Position numbers and translations under genes: made by a program. DNA of 64,000 bases from Chloroflexota bacterium. Its GTDB lineage: Bacteria > Chloroflexota > UBA11872 > VXNJ01. How positions within the stretch are numbered: the stretch's first letter is position 1; every line of letters starts with the position of its first letter. Under the pieces are notes generated by a model. The model had not been told where the DNA came from, ran no database searches, and saw nothing but the letters and a program-made list of their open reading frames with translations. The stretch lies in contig OZ253449.1 of assembly GCA_965261345.1 (NCBI GenBank), positions 1,536,001 to 1,600,000 of the forward strand, read 5' to 3'. This document shows positions 60,452 to 64,000 of the stretch, in pieces.

Positions 60452-60489
60452 GGTGTCACTGGAGTTTGCCGCGGAGTTAGAAGGAAATC

Positions 60490-60801
60490 ATGACCACGAC
60501 CGAACAACCAGAGGCTACCGGGACGGCCACGCACAACGCGGAAAAACCCGAACCGAAGCTGTTTCATATCCAGATTGACCGTGAGCACTACAAGATCTCT
60601 GAGGAGAAGGTATCTGGCGCTGAGCTCCGTCGCGTGCCCTGTAACCCAATTCCCCCCGACCGCGACATCTTCCAGGTGGTGCCCGGTCACGACGACCGGA
60701 AGATCAAGGACGACGACACAGTAGAGGTCTACGACGGCCTTCGCTTCTTCACCGTGCCCAACACAATCAATCCGGGCGGCTCTACCGCCTGCATAGGCTG
60801 A
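60490..60801 (+). CDS. Multi-ubiquitin-domain Ubl protein
   Basis: AAGGA RBS; F.I.ID...Y......SG.EL...D..I.DD..V....G.RFF, ending NPG-GSTACIG. Confidence 0.82.
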   Translation: MTTTEQPEATGTATHNAEKPEPKLFHIQIDREHYKISEEKVSGAELRRVPCNPIPPDRDIFQVVPGHDDRKIKDDDTVEVYDGLRFFTVPNTINPGGSTACIG

Positions 60802-60814
60802 ACGAGGGCCGATC

Positions 60815-61207
60815 GTGACCCTACCTCAGGCAGACCGTGAATTCCTAGACGGCCTCGACATCGATTACGAAGTTGTCGGTGAATCTGGAATGATCTGTGT
60901 CGTCTTGAAGGGGTGGGAGTTGCCTGCAGGATTTGACCAAGAGATAGCGGATACCTTGATCCGGCTTGCGCCAGGGTACCCAGACATCCCCCCCGACATG
61001 TGGTGGCTCGATCCACCAGCGCGTCTTGCGGGCGGTGTGGATCCTCGCAACACGGGAGTGTATGAGGGATATCTCGGCCGTAAATGGCAGCGCTGGTCCA
61101 GACACCTCAATGCCGGACAGTGGAAGTCCGGTATCGACTGTCTGGAAACCTACGTTGCCCTGATTCGGCAGGAGTTGCAGCGGAGTGTTCCGGCGGGCGT
61201 GCGATGA
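60815..61207 (+). CDS. Prokaryotic E2/UBC-fold protein
   Basis: LP..D.EFL, LP.G, PGYPD.PPDM.W..P, WQRWSRH. Confidence 0.85.
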   Translation: MTLPQADREFLDGLDIDYEVVGESGMICVVLKGWELPAGFDQEIADTLIRLAPGYPDIPPDMWWLDPPARLAGGVDPRNTGVYEGYLGRKWQRWSRHLNAGQWKSGIDCLETYVALIRQELQRSVPAGVR

Positions 61208-62586
61208 CCGTCACACTAGTCATTCCTCAGCCTATTGCTGATGAGCTATATCGGGCGACCACAGCAAAAATGGAAACAGCTGGCGTTCTTTTGGCCCGAT
61301 ATGCGGAAACACCAACAGGGAACATCCGGATGTTGGCGCGCCAAATCCTTTGGGTGAGTGAAGAGGCCTACCAGTTACGAAGCTCGTCGAAGCTGAGCAT
61401 TAGTTCGGAGGGATACGTTTACTCGCTCGCTGCTGCTGAAGCCGACCAGGCCGTGCCCATCTGGGTGCACACACACCCTGGAAGAAAGTCAACACCCACG
61501 CCTAGTAAATGCGACGAGTTTGTTGACAGACAGCTCGCCGACGTGTTCAGGCTCCGGTCAGGGAGTAATTTCTACGGTGCACTAGTACTTGCGATGGCCG
61601 GTAGTTGGCTTAGCTTTAGTGGACACATTGAGTCCCAAGATTTGCGCATCGAGATCGACCGTATCTGGGTAACCGGACGTCGGCTTGTGTTGGCGATCAA
61701 TGCGTCTGCAATATCACGGCCAATATCCAGGGATTTCGATCGCAACATTCGAGCTTTCGGCGGTCAAATTCAGCGAATGCTTGGAGACCTTTGCGTAGCA
61801 GTGGTCGGCTGTGGAGGAACGGGTTCCTCAGTAATCGAACAGCTGGCTCGGCTCGGCGTGCGCAATTTCATCTTGTTTGACCACAAGGCGTTGACGGACA
61901 GCAATGTAACCCGCGTATATGGCTCCAGTCGGTCAGATGTTGGTCGTCCGAAGGTAGACGTCTTGGCGGACCATGTTGCGCGAATCGCGCCGGATGCCCA
62001 AGTAGTAACTCAAAAGGCTGCGATCAATGAAGAGTCGGCCGCGAGGCAATTGCTAGATGCAGACGTGGTTTTTGGCTGCACCGATGACAACTCAGGTCGC
62101 CTGGTGTTGTCTCGTGTTGCCTCCTACCTAATGACGCCAATAATTGACTGCGGCGTATTGCTGAGTAGCGGAGACGGTGGTGGGATCGAAGGAATCGATG
62201 GCCGCGTCACATTGCTAGGGCCAGGCATGTCCTGCTTGGTTTGCCGGGGGAGGATCGATTTCCTCCGTGCGGCCGCCGAATCCCTCCCGACCGCAGAGCG
62301 CCAACTTCGCATTGATGAGGGGTATGCGCCTGCGCTTGTTGGCATCGAACCTGCAGTCGTTACGTTTACCACTAGCGTTGCGTCGGCAGCAGTAAGTGAA
62401 CTACTCGAACGGCTGATTCACTTCGGGCCCGAACCTGCCCCGTCTGAGATTCTGCTCCGCATGCACGAACGCGAAATATCCACTAACGACCAACAGCCTC
62501 TAGCTGGACACTATTGCCATCCAGATGCCGGCAAGCTTGGTTTTGGAAATGCCGAGCCTTTCCTGGAGCAGGCGTGGGACCGGTAA
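61204..62586 (+). CDS. JAB peptidase-ThiF/E1 fusion
   Basis: ATGA-coupled start; ETAGV...HTHP...PS..D JAB motif; VVGCGGTGS, SN..R, GCTD...GR, CLVC, EGY. Confidence 0.88.
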   Translation: MTVTLVIPQPIADELYRATTAKMETAGVLLARYAETPTGNIRMLARQILWVSEEAYQLRSSSKLSISSEGYVYSLAAAEADQAVPIWVHTHPGRKSTPTPSKCDEFVDRQLADVFRLRSGSNFYGALVLAMAGSWLSFSGHIESQDLRIEIDRIWVTGRRLVLAINASAISRPISRDFDRNIRAFGGQIQRMLGDLCVAVVGCGGTGSSVIEQLARLGVRNFILFDHKALTDSNVTRVYGSSRSDVGRPKVDVLADHVARIAPDAQVVTQKAAINEESAARQLLDADVVFGCTDDNSGRLVLSRVASYLMTPIIDCGVLLSSGDGGGIEGIDGRVTLLGPGMSCLVCRGRIDFLRAAAESLPTAERQLRIDEGYAPALVGIEPAVVTFTTSVASAAVSELLERLIHFGPEPAPSEILLRMHEREISTNDQQPLAGHYCHPDAGKLGFGNAEPFLEQAWDR

Positions 62587-62933
62587 AGATATTCGTTGCT
62601 TGGTGGCATTCGCTGCCGCTCCCATGGCGGGTATGGCGCATTGTTGGCCGAGTCGGTGACGGAGATGCAATTCCGCTCTGGTTGCCATATGGAGGTGTAG
62701 TTCTAGTTGGACGGATGCGCCGGCCGACATGGGCCGCTCTCGATTGTCCGTGCCGCACAGGCCATAGGCTCCTTCTAAACCTGGACGGGGATCGGCACCC
62801 TTCGTGGACAATCGGCTCGCTAACGCCACTGACAATCATGCCAAGCATCGATTCAGTGACCCCTGAGCGTCGCTGCGCATTGACTCACTGTTTTTGTAAC
62901 CCAAACAGGGCCGTTGCCTCACTAGATTTGTAA
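62574..62933 (+). pseudogene. DUF6527-like protein, C-terminus replaced by IS sequence
   Basis: W...DCPC..GH...LNL....P.W.....LT..PSI......C, then IS end at 62875. Confidence 0.7.
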
Positions 62934-64000
62934 CCCAAATCCACAGGGAGGCAACCGATGCGAGGAAAGAAGCTGAGCCGGGCGGTGCGGAAGGAGCTGC
63001 TAGCGGCCTTAAGGGGCCGCTATGCGAGGGCGTCCAAGATCGACAAGGGCGGAATCCTTAACGAGTTCGTGGCTCTATCTGGCCACAACCGCAAATACGC
63101 AACCCGATTGCTGGGCAATGCTGCAAGCCCTGCTCCGGCACCGCCCACCAAGTCCTCATACCGCATCTACGACGAGGCCGTCAGGGACTCCTTGATCATC
63201 CTTAAGGGAAGCGGCCGATCGGATCTGCGGCAAACGGTTGCAAGCGATATTGCCCAGCCTGATCGAATCACTGGAAGGGCATGGCCACCTGCAGCTTGAT
63301 CTGGACCTTAAAAGCAAGCTCTTCGCGATCAGCCCGGCATCGATCGATCGCCTCCTCAAACCAGTCCGCAAGACCGCCGGCAGCAGTCGACGGCGTCACC
63401 CCCGCCGCCGCAACCGTCATCACGCCAAGGTCCCGATCCGGACGTTTGCCGATTGGCATGGCCCCGACCCCGGCTACCTGGAAATAGATCTGGTGGCCCA
63501 CTGTGGTGGCAACATGGCCGGGAGCTTCATCCAGTCCCTGTCGGTTACCGATGTGTGCTCGGGCTGGGTGGAGGCAGTCCCGCTGCTGGCAAGGGAGCAG
63601 ACGCTTGTGACCGAGGCGCTTGAGGTTATAGGCGGGCGGGTACCGGTGCCAATACTTGGAATCGATACTGACAACGACAGCGCCTTTATCTCCCAGACCC
63701 TTATCGATTACTGCCAAGAGCGTGAAATCGAGTTCACCCGCTCACGCGCCTACCGCTCCAACGATCAGGCCTACATCGAACAGAAGAACGGCGCCGTAAT
63801 CAGACGCTTTGCCGGTTACGAGCGCTTTGCCGGCCTCATCGCCGGACAGACCCTGGCCCGACTCTTTGCCTTAGTTGGTCTCTACACCAATTTCTTCCAA
63901 CCGTCTTTCAAACTGATCTCCAAGCAGCGCTATGGAGCCAGAACCCAAAAGCGCTACGACCGTCCGCTAACTCCCTGCCAGCGCCTGCTCGATCACCCCG
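62875..64000 (+). mobile_element. ISNCY-like integrase-core transposase element, frameshifted, runs off the window
   Basis: TG end with two (C/G)TTG.CTCACT...TTTGTAACCC repeats; ORF from 62958 RY..A....K..IL.EF; frameshift near 63203; ICGKRL, EIDLVAHCG, DTDNDS.F, RSR.Y..ND.A.IEQKN. Confidence 0.88.

Overview
GC-rich bacterial chromosome segment. The host is inferred to be a monoderm, probably Chloroflexota, from a secretin-less Tad locus and a Chloroflexi-style surface domain. 1-4.1 kb is housekeeping: tRNA-Glu, DUF3179 lipoprotein, USP, recA and a Zn-dehydrogenase. 4.3-19.2 kb is an 18-gene co-oriented operon joining a minimal type IV secretion module (VirB2-like pilin, PrgI, VirB4, VirB6-like, VirD4-like) to a complete Flp/Tad pilus module, led by an atypical LuxR regulator. 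It has no visible relaxase, integrase or cell-wall hydrolase and is the most unusual system here. 19.5-45 kb holds transport and purine/nucleoside salvage genes (many broken), TA/Fic genes, a TLEGW-filter voltage-gated channel, IS21 and IS256. 45-64 kb is a defence-like island with a TerB/SAP/PD-(D/E)xK protein, a secreted HNH nuclease, an IS3 carrying a group II intron, TA/Fic/AAA genes and nested IS remnants. It also has a bacterial ubiquitination-like operon (Ubl, E2, JAB-E1, DUF6527) whose last gene is clipped by an IS. All family calls come from motif recognition by eye; no searches were run.
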